This document shows positions 1-10,601 of a stretch of 64,000 bases of DNA, piece by piece. Position 1 is the stretch's first letter; every line of letters starts with the position of its first letter. The notes under the pieces were generated by a model, which was not told where the DNA came from, did not search any database, and saw only the letters and a program-made list of their open reading frames with translations. A program made the position numbers and the translations under genes. Source of the stretch: Candidatus Saccharimonadia bacterium (GTDB taxonomy: Bacteria; Patescibacteriota; Saccharimonadia; UBA4664). The DNA is taken from contig DATKIP010000012.1 in the NCBI GenBank assembly GCA_035544015.1, forward strand, positions 99,483-163,482, given 5' to 3'.

Positions 1-440
1 TGAAAGTCCTCGCCAAAAACCGCCGGGCCAGCTTCGACTATGAGATCACCGAACTTCTCGTGGCCGGGCTCGTGCTCACTGGCGACGAGGTCAAGAGCCT
101 CAAATCCGGCTTTGGCAGCCTCAAGGGCTCATTCATAGCCCTGCGCGACAACGAAGCCTACCTGACAGCCGCCCACGTCACCCCCTACTCCCACGCCAAC
201 GACAAAACCGCCATCGACCCCACGCGCGCGCGCAAGCTCCTGCTCCACCGCCGCCAAATCCAAACCCTGATCGCCGCCAAACAAACCGGGCTCAGTGTCG
301 TACCCACTGCCCTGCTGCTCGCGGGGGCTCTCATCAAAATTGAAATCGGCATCGGCCGGGGCAAGAAGCGCTACGACAAGCGCGAGTCAATCAAACGCCG
401 CGACACCGATCGCGACATCGCTCGCCAGCTAAAACGCTAA
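1..440 (+). CDS. smpB: SsrA-binding protein SmpB (first base of the start codon lies just outside the window)
   Basis: Reads (M)KVLAKNRRASFDYEI..AGLVLTGDEVKS..RARKLLLHRRQI..GRGKKRYDKRESIKRRD, the SmpB signature motifs. Confidence 0.97.
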   Translation, partial: KVLAKNRRASFDYEITELLVAGLVLTGDEVKSLKSGFGSLKGSFIALRDNEAYLTAAHVTPYSHANDKTAIDPTRARKLLLHRRQIQTLIAAKQTGLSVVPTALLLAGALIKIEIGIGRGKKRYDKRESIKRRDTDRDIARQLKR

Positions 441-466
441 TGCTTGAAATACTGAGCAAAAGTAGC

Positions 467-495
467 TTGACGGGCTTAAGTGTAAGCAGTAATCT
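467..495 (+). promoter_or_regulatory. sigma70-like promoter TTGACG-17-TAATCT with palindrome GCTTA-N4-TAAGC in the spacer
   Basis: Hexamers at 467-472 and 490-495, 17-bp spacer; no ORF downstream before a terminator. Confidence 0.55.
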
Positions 496-553
496 ACCTA
501 TAGGTACCTGCACAAAAAAAGTACTCAAAACAAAAAAGAACAAACTCTCGTCC

Positions 554-587
554 AGAAACGGCTCTACCAAGGGCCGTTTCTTATTTT
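554..587 (+). terminator. Intrinsic terminator
   Basis: AGAAACGGCTC/GGGCCGTTTCT stem followed by TATTTT. Confidence 0.7.
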
Positions 588-637
588 GACCCTCAGCCCA
601 ACTGCGCCCGAGCAACACCGCCCACACCACTGCCCAA

Positions 638-1537
638 TTATTGAGCCGGCGCTTCGGTATCCGTAATTTCTTGCGAATCAAGACTCTTCGACAGCGCATT
701 GTACTCATCCACACCAGTGCGGTAGCGCGCAATGCGGTCATTAATATCATCCACCAATTGATTCTGCTGCGGCACTAGGGCGTTGTAGGCCTGAATCTGA
801 CCGGCCGACTTATAAGAATCAAGCTGCCGGTTCATCACACTCAAGCGACCCTTTTCGGCCCGGATCGTCACAAGCTCGGTCTCCAGCTCGCTGCGCCGCG
901 AATCAAACACCGCCTGGTACGAAGCGTGCGCCGCCACGACCTGATCTCGACTCTCAAAATACTTGGCATAATGCGCCTCGAGCAATGGCGACAAGTGAGC
1001 GTACTCGGTTCCCAGGATCGAGTGAAGCTCATTATCCTCTTCGCCCGGCTCGCTCTTGGCGTAGCTAGCCATCCGATCACGCAAATCCCTGTCACTCAAC
1101 CCGCTATATACCCGCTCAAGCTCAGCCCCCAAGCTCTTCCGCTCCGATGCGCTCATTTTTGCCCAAACCCCGTGGAGCAGCTCATGCGCCGTCACCACAT
1201 CCATTTCCGACGCCAAACTAGCATTATCTATCTGTAAAATAAAAATTCGACCGCGAAAATAACAGCCCAACTCCAGCTCGTGAGGCTGCGTATTGCAATC
1301 GGCGTTAAAAGCCGTCTTAGTGTCAAATTTTGGATCAGCCCGGTATAGCGTGGCCCGAGCCACAGCCGTGAGGCTCACGCGGCCTTCATACGCGCGGAGC
1401 TGCGCGCCCGGATGATACGTTGCCAAGGCATACTCATTCATCAGAGGCTCATAATTGAGCCCGGCGATCGCTACGAGCGCGAACAATCCCACCAAGATCA
1501 CTCGGCCCACTCGCTTATACTGTCTTTGCGGTGCCAT
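638..1537 (-). CDS. Membrane-anchored putative zinc metallopeptidase with coiled-coil C-terminus
   Basis: N-terminal TM helix, HELLH (HExxH) motif, later ELHS. Confidence 0.6.
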   Translation of the reverse strand: MAPQRQYKRVGRVILVGLFALVAIAGLNYEPLMNEYALATYHPGAQLRAYEGRVSLTAVARATLYRADPKFDTKTAFNADCNTQPHELELGCYFRGRIFILQIDNASLASEMDVVTAHELLHGVWAKMSASERKSLGAELERVYSGLSDRDLRDRMASYAKSEPGEEDNELHSILGTEYAHLSPLLEAHYAKYFESRDQVVAAHASYQAVFDSRRSELETELVTIRAEKGRLSVMNRQLDSYKSAGQIQAYNALVPQQNQLVDDINDRIARYRTGVDEYNALSKSLDSQEITDTEAPAQ

Positions 1538-1681
1538 TATTGCCCCACTTTACGCTCTCGCCTCACCCACGCCAAGTTCATGACCCAGCATCATGCCTAT
1601 GCTTGCAATATCACTCCCACCCTATAAGATAACTGATTGTGTTTGATAAGGCCGTTTACGAACTCGGTCGAGGCTGCCCAC

Positions 1682-2377
1682 ATGCTAGGTTTTCGTTCAC
1701 CCGTTTCCGCATATCTAGTCCCCAGTAATCACAAGACCCGTCGCCAACCCGACTGGCAGGCCCTGCGTACCGTGGCAGCTCAAATCTTGCGCGACAACCC
1801 TCGTCTGTTCGGCCGCAGCCTCATCGCGCTTGCCGTTTGGTGCGTAGTCGTGGGCCTCTGGCAAACCACCATGGGAATATCACTCTCGGATTCCCACACC
1901 CAATGGCAACATGCCCAAAACCCCAGCCAACGCGGCGGACTAGCGAGCAACACCTCGCCCACCACCGAGGTAGCCGGCGCCAGCCTCGCCAAGGCCGAAC
2001 ACGCCTCGCTGCTCGCCAGCGGACCCAGCGGCCAGCTCCTCCCGCCCGGCACCATGGCGTCCGACCGCACCTACCCCAACAACTACGCCAGAGGCCAGTG
2101 TACTTCGTACGTCGCCGGCCGCCGCCAAATCCCGCCGAATTGGGGCAATGCCGTCTCATGGTACTACCACGCCATATCCAGCAAATGGAGCGTAGGCACG
2201 GTACCGGCCGTAGCCGCCATCGCCTGGACGTCCCAAGGCCGATACGGCCACGTCGCACTCGTAGAGCAAGTTTCGGCCGATGCCAAGTCTGTCTACATTT
2301 CCGAGATGAACTATCGCGGCGTAGGGGTCAAGAGCTTCCGCTGGGCCGCCGCCAGGGAGTTTAAGTACATCTATTAA
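1682..2377 (+). CDS. CHAP-domain peptidoglycan hydrolase, membrane anchored
   Basis: GQCTSYVA..WGNA..W..YGHVALVE..ISEMNY CHAP motifs with catalytic Cys and His; TM helix. Confidence 0.9.
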   Translation: MLGFRSPVSAYLVPSNHKTRRQPDWQALRTVAAQILRDNPRLFGRSLIALAVWCVVVGLWQTTMGISLSDSHTQWQHAQNPSQRGGLASNTSPTTEVAGASLAKAEHASLLASGPSGQLLPPGTMASDRTYPNNYARGQCTSYVAGRRQIPPNWGNAVSWYYHAISSKWSVGTVPAVAAIAWTSQGRYGHVALVEQVSADAKSVYISEMNYRGVGVKSFRWAAAREFKYIY

Positions 2378-2397
2378 CCGTCTGCTAAAATAGCCCC

Positions 2398-3795
2398 ATG
2401 AAGCTCTTGCGCCGCTATCCAGAAATCATCATCCTCGCCACAGCAGCGCTCATTACCAGACTCTGGGATGTTTTTGCTCCCGCCGCCGTAGTCTTCGACG
2501 AAGTTTACTTTAAAGTCTATGCCGGCGATTACCTCACTGGCTCATATTACTTCGACCCCCATCCCCCACTGGGCAAATTGCTGCTAGGCGGCTGGGCCTG
2601 GCTCGCGCACCTCAACCCCACCATGCTCACCGGCAACGACCCGGCCGTGGCCTTGCGCGTACTGCCCGCCATCGCGGGCGCGCTCATCATCCCCGTGTTC
2701 TATCTCTTTCTCCGGCAATTACGTGCCTCCCGACGAGTCGCCGCCCTCGGCGCGGCGCTCTTGCTCCTCGACAACGCTCTGCTCGTGGAATCACGCTTCA
2801 TCCTCATCGACAGCCTGCTCATTCTCTTTGGCCTCACCGCCGTCACCTGCTTCCTGGCCGCCCGCCACCGCTCCGGCCGCCGGCGGTTGCTCCTACTCAG
2901 CGCCGCCGCTGCCTGTGGCGGCCTCGCCGCCAGCACCAAATGGACCGGCCTCGCCGCCCTGGGCCTCATTGGCGTCATTTGGCTCACCGACCACCTCCGG
3001 CACCATCAGTATTTCTCGTGGACCAAACGTCTCATCGAGGCCCTCATACTGGCAATCGTGCCAGCAATCGTTTACCTCAGTGTCTTTGCCATCCACTTTA
3101 GCCTGCTACCCAAAACCGGCCAGGGCGATGCGTTCATGCCGCAACGCTTCCAATCCACGCTCATTGGCAATCCCAACTACAACCCCACGGTTCACCTCAG
3201 CTTCGTCGAGAAATTTATCGATCTCAACAATGCCATGAGCCAATCCGAGGAAGGCCTCAAAACCGCTACCCACCCGTACGGCTCCAAGTGGACCAGCTGG
3301 CCGCTCATGATCCGTCCAGTCTACTACTGGCAGGGCCAAACCCAACCCGACGGCACCCAAGGCAACATCTATCTCCTCGGCAATCCCGCCGTTTGGTACG
3401 GCCTGCTCATCGTCATTGTCGCCGGAATGCTAGCCTCAGCCGGCGCCCTCGCCCGCTTGCGGCCCTACCGTTTCGCGCTCGGCTTCCTGGCGCTTGGCTA
3501 CCTCATGAACTTCCTACCCTTTAGCCGCATCGTCCGCGTAATGTTCTTGTACCACTACTTTTTTGCCCTCATCTATAGCCTGGCCTTCGCCGTCATTCTG
3601 CTCGGCGCGCTGGCCGATTGGATGCACGACCGCCCCCACCCCTGGCAATTTTCGACCCCCACCTCAAAGTACCTCTACATCGGCGTACTCATCCTCGCCG
3701 TCATCGGATTCATCTACTTCGCCCCACTCAGCTACGGCATCCCGCTCACGCCCGCCGAAATCGCCCAGCACATGTGGCTTACGACTTGGCGCTAG
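2398..3795 (+). CDS. Protein O-mannosyltransferase (PMT, GT39)
   Basis: VFDEVYF, FDPHPPLGK, SRFILID, HPYGSKWTSWPLM, LGNP, MFLYHY motifs. Confidence 0.9.
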   Translation: MKLLRRYPEIIILATAALITRLWDVFAPAAVVFDEVYFKVYAGDYLTGSYYFDPHPPLGKLLLGGWAWLAHLNPTMLTGNDPAVALRVLPAIAGALIIPVFYLFLRQLRASRRVAALGAALLLLDNALLVESRFILIDSLLILFGLTAVTCFLAARHRSGRRRLLLLSAAAACGGLAASTKWTGLAALGLIGVIWLTDHLRHHQYFSWTKRLIEALILAIVPAIVYLSVFAIHFSLLPKTGQGDAFMPQRFQSTLIGNPNYNPTVHLSFVEKFIDLNNAMSQSEEGLKTATHPYGSKWTSWPLMIRPVYYWQGQTQPDGTQGNIYLLGNPAVWYGLLIVIVAGMLASAGALARLRPYRFALGFLALGYLMNFLPFSRIVRVMFLYHYFFALIYSLAFAVILLGALADWMHDRPHPWQFSTPTSKYLYIGVLILAVIGFIYFAPLSYGIPLTPAEIAQHMWLTTWR

Positions 3796-4510
3796 AAGAC
3801 GACGAGCGGCCGCTCCGCCCTCGCAGCCGCCACAATTCGCTTCCTGCTCGCACAATCACCCCCAAGCGCGCACCCGAAGGCTCACCGCCGCGACGGGGGT
3901 AATGCTCCACCATCACCTGCTCCCACCGGCAGCCCCGCGCCCGCAACTTCACCAGCAGCTCAGCCGAAATCACCGCCCCCTGCGCTTCAAGCCGGCCCAA
4001 ATCGCGCACCCGCTCAGTTCGAAACAACTTAAAACCGCAATCAATATCGCGCACGTCCAACCCCAAAATCCACCGCACCAGCCAACCCCACAGCCAGGCG
4101 TTCACGCGCCGGCCCAGATGATCGTTTCGCCGCCGGCGTTCACCTAGCACCACGTCTACCCGCTTCGATGGCTCAACAAACCGACGAATATCACCGAGTT
4201 CAAACTGGCCGTCACCATCGGTATACGCCACCCATTCGTACCGCGCCGCCCCAAACCCACTGATTAATGCCGCCCCGTAGCCCAAATTATGCGCATGATG
4301 CACAACCCGTACGCGCTTATTGCGCGCAGCAAAGCGATCAGCAATCTGAGCCGTCCCGTCGGTACTGCCATCATCCACCACGATAATCTCATACGCATCA
4401 AGGCCCAGCGAACCCAACACCGCCTCGGCGTTCTCAATCACCCCGGGCAGCGCTGCCGCCTCGTTAAACACCGGGAAAAATACACTCAGACTCGACCAGG
4501 AAGTCTCCAT
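3779..4510 (-). CDS. GT2 glycosyltransferase (polyprenol-phosphate sugar synthase-like)
   Basis: FFPVFNE, VVDDGSTDGT, NLGYGAA, TDGDGQF, DIDCGFKLF. Confidence 0.9.
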   Translation of the reverse strand: METSWSSLSVFFPVFNEAAALPGVIENAEAVLGSLGLDAYEIIVVDDGSTDGTAQIADRFAARNKRVRVVHHAHNLGYGAALISGFGAARYEWVAYTDGDGQFELGDIRRFVEPSKRVDVVLGERRRRNDHLGRRVNAWLWGWLVRWILGLDVRDIDCGFKLFRTERVRDLGRLEAQGAVISAELLVKLRARGCRWEQVMVEHYPRRGGEPSGARLGVIVRAGSELWRLRGRSGRSSSSSAKS

Positions 4511-4570
4511 GACCGTAAGCATACCGCAAGGCGTCCCAAAACCAAAAACCAGGATGTTAAAATCACAGTA

Positions 4571-6439
4571 ATGCTTAGCCTTCTCTATCTCTGCACCGCC
4601 CTCGGCTTGGGCGCAGCCGTAGTCCGGCGGCTGGGCCTGCGCTCATTTGGCTTTGAAGCGCCGGCCCTAGCGGTCACACTCGGCGTGCTCCTATGGACTT
4701 GGTTGTCACTGCTCACGAGCCTGCTGCTCCCCACCCGTCTCAGCCTACCCCTCACCGCCGGAATCGCTAGCCTCGTCGGCTGGTGGCTCTGGCGCGGCGC
4801 CGCCACCTGGCAATGGCGCACACTGCCCCACCCCCGCCGCACCTGGCCGCTGTGGGCCGCCTTCAGCGCCGCCACCACCGGCGTCATCGGCTGGCTGATG
4901 TGGACTCACGATCTGCTACCAGGCGACGGCGGCATCTACTCCGGGGGCGCCACCTGGGCCGATTTTGGCCTCCACGCCAGCCTCATCAGCCATTTTGCCG
5001 CCCTGCCCCGCCTCTCGTTTGATTTCCCCGTCGCCGCCGGCGCCCACCTCACCTACCCCCTCCTCACCGACCTCCTCTCGAGCTGGCTGGTAGCCGGCGG
5101 CTGGTCGCTCCATGCCGCCATATTCGTCCCCTCCTTGCTCCTCGTCATGGCGTTTGTGCAACTCGTGCTCAGCTTCGGCCTGCGGCTGTTTGGCCGCCTC
5201 AGCGGCGCCGTCATCGGCCTCACGCTCATGCTGCTGTGCGGCTCGGCCGTCGGCCTCTTCGTAGCCGCTCACGATCAAGCCGCCAGCGGCCTCCCGCTTA
5301 CCCAATTTCTCGCCCAACTGCCCAAAGACTACACCGCCCTCACCGAACCCAACGCCCAACTCACCAACTTCGTAGCCGACGCCCTCCTGCCCCAACGCTC
5401 ACTCCTTCTGGGCCTCAGCACCTTTGCCACCGTCATGGTACTGTTCGCCGAGCTAAGGCGCCGGCCCAACCGGCGGCTAGCCATCTTCGCCGGTGCCGTC
5501 ATCGGCCTCACCCCCTTGGCGCACAGTCATACCTTCATCGTGCTCGCTTGCGTCAGCCTCAGCTTCTGGATCGAGGCCGTCATTCGCACTCACCGCCCCC
5601 GCAACCTTTGGCTCCTAGTTGGCCTCACGGCGATCGCCCTCGCCGCGCCCCAGGTCGCCTGGCAGATCCTCGCCAACCACGGCGGTACCGGCGGACACCT
5701 CGCGCTCGGTTGGACCATCAACCCAGGGGAGCCACTTGTGGCCTTCTGGAGCCACAATTACGGCCTCACGGGCCTGCTCATAGTCGGCACCGCCGCAGTG
5801 CTCATCGCCCGCCGCTCCCTGCGGCCATACCTGGCGTGGTACGCCCCATTCATAGGACTATTCATCCTCGCCAACGTCTACGCCTTTCAGCCGTTTGCCT
5901 ACGACAACCTCAAGCTCATTTACTACGCGTTCCTCACGACCTATCTCTTGGTCGGTTATGGCTGCGTTTGGCTAGCACAACGCTATCGCCTCACGATTAT
6001 CCCCTTGCTCGCACTGGGCCTCTTCCTGAGCGCCGCGGGAGCCCTGGCCGTCGCGCGCGAATTCCAGCTCCACGACCAATTCGCGAGCCCCGACGACATC
6101 GAGCTCGCCAATTGGGTTCGCGGCCACACCGCGCCCACCGACGTCTTCGCCGCCACCGACCGGCCCAACCAGCCGATATCCACGCTCGCCGGCCGGCCCC
6201 TCGTCGCCGGCTACCGGGGCTGGCTATACAGCTATCACCTCGAGTACCAGCCCCGACTCGACACCATCCAGCAAGCCCTCAGCGGCCGCCTCACCGCCGC
6301 CAACCCTTATCACGCCCGCTACGTCGCCGTCGCCGCCTACGAATCGCGCGATTGGACCGTCGCCCCCAACCTCGCCGCCCGCTACACAATCGTCTATGCA
6401 AATCCCAACTGGACCATCTACCAACTCCCAGACAGGTAG
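4571..6439 (+). CDS. Polytopic membrane protein, probable GT-C glycosyltransferase
   Basis: More than 12 hydrophobic segments, WADFGLH..LTYP loop, C-terminal soluble domain (LAGRP..GYRGWL). Confidence 0.6.
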   Translation: MLSLLYLCTALGLGAAVVRRLGLRSFGFEAPALAVTLGVLLWTWLSLLTSLLLPTRLSLPLTAGIASLVGWWLWRGAATWQWRTLPHPRRTWPLWAAFSAATTGVIGWLMWTHDLLPGDGGIYSGGATWADFGLHASLISHFAALPRLSFDFPVAAGAHLTYPLLTDLLSSWLVAGGWSLHAAIFVPSLLLVMAFVQLVLSFGLRLFGRLSGAVIGLTLMLLCGSAVGLFVAAHDQAASGLPLTQFLAQLPKDYTALTEPNAQLTNFVADALLPQRSLLLGLSTFATVMVLFAELRRRPNRRLAIFAGAVIGLTPLAHSHTFIVLACVSLSFWIEAVIRTHRPRNLWLLVGLTAIALAAPQVAWQILANHGGTGGHLALGWTINPGEPLVAFWSHNYGLTGLLIVGTAAVLIARRSLRPYLAWYAPFIGLFILANVYAFQPFAYDNLKLIYYAFLTTYLLVGYGCVWLAQRYRLTIIPLLALGLFLSAAGALAVAREFQLHDQFASPDDIELANWVRGHTAPTDVFAATDRPNQPISTLAGRPLVAGYRGWLYSYHLEYQPRLDTIQQALSGRLTAANPYHARYVAVAAYESRDWTVAPNLAARYTIVYANPNWTIYQLPDR

Positions 6440-6472
6440 ACTAAATCTCTACCAACCGATACCATAAGAGCA

Positions 6473-8047
6473 ATGGATCCAACCCAGCGCGATCAAATCG
6501 AAACCGCTACCGAGGGCTTTGCCGCCCAGCTTGGCATGCCCTACTTCGATACCCGCCGACCCATCGACATCAAACCACTCATCGGCAAGCTCACGCTCGT
6601 GGGTATGCAAGCCTATGGCATCGTGCCGCTCGCCCTCGAAGGCAACAAAATCACCATCGGCACCAGCGAAGAAACCGACCGCGCCCAGCTCGAATCCCTG
6701 CGGCATCGCATGGCCGGCTACAGCGTTGAATTTGTGTTCATTTCACAATTTGGCTGGAACCGTCTCTTCAACCGCTACTCCATCGCCGAAAACGACACCA
6801 TACTCGACAGCGGCGATTTTTCGGGTATCACGCAGGAACTCCTCAACACCGAGCCAAAATTCATGTTCGAGCCCCTCGCTCAGCTCGCCTACCAGCTCGG
6901 CGCCTCCGACATTCACGTCGAGCCCGCCGAACACGACGCACGCATTCGCTTCCGCATCGACGGCACGCTCCATCCCATCACCACGCTCCCGCGCGACCGC
7001 TACGACCTCTTCGCCTCCGATCTCCAAATGCGCGCCGGCGTCAAATGGGGCGGCGACGAACCCCAGGGCGGCCGCGTCAGCCTCAACGTCATCAACAACG
7101 ACGGCGATTCCACCCAGCTCAACATGCGCCTCGAAACCATTCCCTCACTCCACGGCGAAGACGTCGTTATTCGCCTCTTCAACCTCTCGATCAAGTATCT
7201 AACGTTGAAAAATTTACAACTTTCTCCCCATCATCTCGAAGTCCTCATGCGCTGCGTCGCCCATCCGCGGGGCATGGTAATGGCGGTAGGGCCAACCGGA
7301 TCAGGCAAAACCTCCACGCTCTACTCCATCATGAACGAGCTCAATAACCCCGAAACCAAGATCGTTACCCTCGAAGATCCCATCGAATACGAACTCAACG
7401 GCATCTCTCAGGTTCCTGTACGCTCCGACAACCAGCAGCTCTTTATGGAAAAGCTCCGCGCCGTCCTGCGCGAAGACCCCAACATCATCATGATCGGCGA
7501 AATCCGCGACGCCGACACCGCCAAAACCGCCCTCCAAGCCGCGCTCACCGGCCACCTCGTGCTCTCCACCTTCCACGCCACCAACGCCTCAGCCGCCGTG
7601 TCTCGCCTCATGGATATGATCGGCGAAAACCCGCTGCTCGCATCGTCGGTCAAACTCATCATGGCCCAGCGCCTGGTCCGCCGCCTCTGCGACGCCTGCA
7701 AACAATCCATTGATCCCACCAAAGAAGAGTTGGCCCAAATCAAAGCCGCCATCGACGGCCTCCCCGAGGACAGCCATCCCACCCTCGAAGGCCTCAAACT
7801 TTATCAGGCTGTCGGCTGCAAAGTCTGCCATCATTTCGGCTACCAGGGCCGCATCAACATCCTCGAACAGCTCGAAATCACCCCCAAAATGGAGGAGCTC
7901 ATTGCCAAAGGCACCGCTGCCACCACCGAAGCCATCGAGCAAGCCGCCGTCAAAGAAGGCATGATAACCATACTCCAAGACGGCATTATTAAAGCTCTGC
8001 AAGGCCAAACCACCCTCGAAGAGGTGTTCGTGCAAGTCGGTGAGTAA
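6473..8047 (+). CDS. GspE/PilB family type IV pilus ATPase
   Basis: [14 protein letters not shown], Walker [42 protein letters not shown], two CxxC. Confidence 0.95.
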   Translation: MDPTQRDQIETATEGFAAQLGMPYFDTRRPIDIKPLIGKLTLVGMQAYGIVPLALEGNKITIGTSEETDRAQLESLRHRMAGYSVEFVFISQFGWNRLFNRYSIAENDTILDSGDFSGITQELLNTEPKFMFEPLAQLAYQLGASDIHVEPAEHDARIRFRIDGTLHPITTLPRDRYDLFASDLQMRAGVKWGGDEPQGGRVSLNVINNDGDSTQLNMRLETIPSLHGEDVVIRLFNLSIKYLTLKNLQLSPHHLEVLMRCVAHPRGMVMAVGPTGSGKTSTLYSIMNELNNPETKIVTLEDPIEYELNGISQVPVRSDNQQLFMEKLRAVLREDPNIIMIGEIRDADTAKTALQAALTGHLVLSTFHATNASAAVSRLMDMIGENPLLASSVKLIMAQRLVRRLCDACKQSIDPTKEELAQIKAAIDGLPEDSHPTLEGLKLYQAVGCKVCHHFGYQGRINILEQLEITPKMEELIAKGTAATTEAIEQAAVKEGMITILQDGIIKALQGQTTLEEVFVQVGE

Positions 8048-8062
8048 CACTCACGCCCAGCA

Positions 8063-9730
8063 CTAAAAACCCGGCAGCACCTTACTATCCTGGAGCTCAG
8101 CCGGCACCGCGTACCACACCGGCGAACAGCCCGCCACCACCACACTTGGCGCCGACAACACCGGCACCTGGCTACCCGCCTGCCCACAACTCGGATGATC
8201 AAATCCCAACCACTGACCCACCACCTGGTTGATCAGCTCAACGCGGTACGACGCCGCGCTCCCGCTCCATGCCGCCGGTGGCTTCGCCCAAGCCGTTTGG
8301 GCAATCGCCAGCTCATTATGAATCCGACACGTCGTCTGATGCTCACAAGCCGGATCCAGCGCCGTCAGATCTGCCGCCGGTGCCAACTCAAGCGCCACAT
8401 TGCAGCCCGATGCCGCCGCCACAAACCGCACCCGCCCGCCCAACGTCCAGCCCTCTGTGCCCAGCACCGCAGCCGCCGACGAGGCCAGCTCCGCCCCGGA
8501 AGCCACCGCATCCACGCAGTACGAATACGTCGCCACCGGACCCGCCCCCAGCCCGCTAGCTAGCTTCGGCGCCGCCGTAATCCGCCGGGTAGACGCTGTC
8601 ACCAATGCCGCCTGCCGCGCGTTCAATGCCGCCACCATGGCGTTCACCGCCGCCACACGATCAAAAGCCGGCTTAATTCCCGCCACAAACGCCGCCACCC
8701 CCGCCGGATCCACCGTCACGCCCTTGCCCGCACCAGCAAACACCACCCAACTCCCCACCTGCTCCGGCGTCGCCGCGTAGTGAACTGCCTTAACCACCAC
8801 CTGCGCCCCACCGCTCACTATAGCCTGGGCAGCCGCTAGCTCGCCCGCATAATCACTCGCCGTCACGGTCGCATTCAATCGCACCAGGCTCAGGCTCACC
8901 GTCGGCGAACGGCCATACGCCGCCCGAATAGCCGCAGCCGCCGTCGTCCTATCGAGCCGCACACCCGGCTTATCGGCCAATACTATCACCCTACCCCCAA
9001 TCATCATCGGCACCGCATCGCTCGGCACGCGATCCACCGCTGCCGCCAAGTGTTGCACCGCCGTATTCACTGCGCTGTCACTCAGCACGTACGTCGGCGT
9101 CACAGCTCCCGCCAGCCATGTCCGCAGCATACCAACCGCCGGCAACGGGACATCACGACCCACATCGTGAACCTGCCGCACCGTAGCCGCCACATCCACT
9201 ACCGGGCCGCTCACCGCCACCGACTGCCGCCGGCCGTCGATCACCGCCACCAGACCAGGCTTAGCCACCACAGCCGGCAATCGACTACGCAGCTCATCAA
9301 ACGTCCAGCCACCAACCGCTACGCCGCCCACTCGCACACCCGGATACACTCGATCCGAGTAGTAACTCGCCAGCACACTACTGGCTGCTGCCGGTAAACC
9401 CACCAACAACAAAGCCACCGCCCAGCCCACCATCCTCCAGCGCCGCCGAGCCGGCCGCGCCGCCACCGCCACCGGCGGCACAGCCAACACCGCAGCGGTC
9501 ATTCCGGCCGGAGCCGCTCTCGCCTCCGCCAGTGACTCAGGCCCCAAAAACACCTGCTGCCCACCCGTAGCATCCCGCAATGCCCGCCGCAGCAGCGGAT
9601 CAGTGGCCTCCTCCGGCCTGGCCGGAGGATCATCCCCCAAAACCCCGCCGAGCACCGCCTCACCGCACTGCAAACAAAACAGACCCCCGTCGACGGGCAA
9701 TAATTTAGCTTGGCAAGAAGGGCATTTCAT
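8063..9730 (-). CDS. Zn-ribbon + TM + peptidoglycan-binding-like region + degenerate DUF3152-like domain
   Basis: CPSC..CLQC; VYPGVRVGGVAVGG (VanW/YoaR-like N-terminus); C-terminal GWTLGG..YRVELINQVVGQWLGFDH. Confidence 0.6.
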   Translation of the reverse strand: MKCPSCQAKLLPVDGGLFCLQCGEAVLGGVLGDDPPARPEEATDPLLRRALRDATGGQQVFLGPESLAEARAAPAGMTAAVLAVPPVAVAARPARRRWRMVGWAVALLLVGLPAAASSVLASYYSDRVYPGVRVGGVAVGGWTFDELRSRLPAVVAKPGLVAVIDGRRQSVAVSGPVVDVAATVRQVHDVGRDVPLPAVGMLRTWLAGAVTPTYVLSDSAVNTAVQHLAAAVDRVPSDAVPMMIGGRVIVLADKPGVRLDRTTAAAAIRAAYGRSPTVSLSLVRLNATVTASDYAGELAAAQAIVSGGAQVVVKAVHYAATPEQVGSWVVFAGAGKGVTVDPAGVAAFVAGIKPAFDRVAAVNAMVAALNARQAALVTASTRRITAAPKLASGLGAGPVATYSYCVDAVASGAELASSAAAVLGTEGWTLGGRVRFVAAASGCNVALELAPAADLTALDPACEHQTTCRIHNELAIAQTAWAKPPAAWSGSAASYRVELINQVVGQWLGFDHPSCGQAGSQVPVLSAPSVVVAGCSPVWYAVPAELQDSKVLPGF

Positions 9731-9791
9731 TTATTTTGGTTTTGGCTAATTGCTTACGCTCTATCGTAGCACGAAACTCACTCGAACCGAG

Positions 9792-10601
9792 TTAATTTCG
9801 CCCCAGTTCCTGCAGCCACGCCAGCCCACCATACAAACCAGCCTCATCGCCCAAACTCGCCCGCTCCAGCCGCGGCCACCGTTCAAACACCAACGGGAAT
9901 TTCGCCAGCTCCCGGGCCACTACCTTCAGATCAATATCGCGCATCATGCTACCCCCCAGCACCACTACCGCAGGATTCCAATACAACACGGTGTTGTACA
10001 ATCCCGCCGCCAAACACCGTTCAATCTCCTGCCACACCGCCGGATCCCGCACCTCGCGCGGGGGCTTACCCCATCGCTCTTCCAGCGCACCCCCACCAAT
10101 CATCGCCTCCAGCGACTTCCAACCAGCGCCGTCGCGCAGCAGAAGCTGCTTGCCCAGCTCATACCGAGCCACGCCACGGTCCACCGCACCGTCCACCAAC
10201 CGCACAGCATTCACACCCGTACTCACCGTGTAATACGCCATTACGCCCTGGCGGCTCCCGGCCCCGTGTGCAGCCTCACCCCGGCCGCACAACACGACGT
10301 CGTTCTCCCAGTACACCGGGCACTCAAATCGATCCCGAATCTCCGCTCCCAGCCGCTTGCCAATCCATTTCGGAAGATTTGGCGCCGCCATCACCACCCC
10401 GGCGTCGTCCAACTGCCCCGGAAATCCGCCGGCCACCGCGGTCAGCCCCTGGCTACCCGCTAGCTTCGCCGCCGCCGCCAAAAACCGCGTGAGCCCTTGC
10501 TCACCCCGCTCTGTAGGCAACCGAACCACCTCACCCAGCACGCCGCCCTCGGCCAACGCCAGCCGCGTGTTCGTACCACCAATATCAAATACCAACACCA
10601 T
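9792..10601 (-). CDS. ROK family sugar kinase (glucokinase-like)
   Basis: FDIGGTNTR, APNL..W, ENDV, TVSTGV, VLGGS, AGLYG. Confidence 0.9.
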   Translation of the reverse strand: MVLVFDIGGTNTRLALAEGGVLGEVVRLPTERGEQGLTRFLAAAAKLAGSQGLTAVAGGFPGQLDDAGVVMAAPNLPKWIGKRLGAEIRDRFECPVYWENDVVLCGRGEAAHGAGSRQGVMAYYTVSTGVNAVRLVDGAVDRGVARYELGKQLLLRDGAGWKSLEAMIGGGALEERWGKPPREVRDPAVWQEIERCLAAGLYNTVLYWNPAVVVLGGSMMRDIDLKVVARELAKFPLVFERWPRLERASLGDEAGLYGGLAWLQELGRN

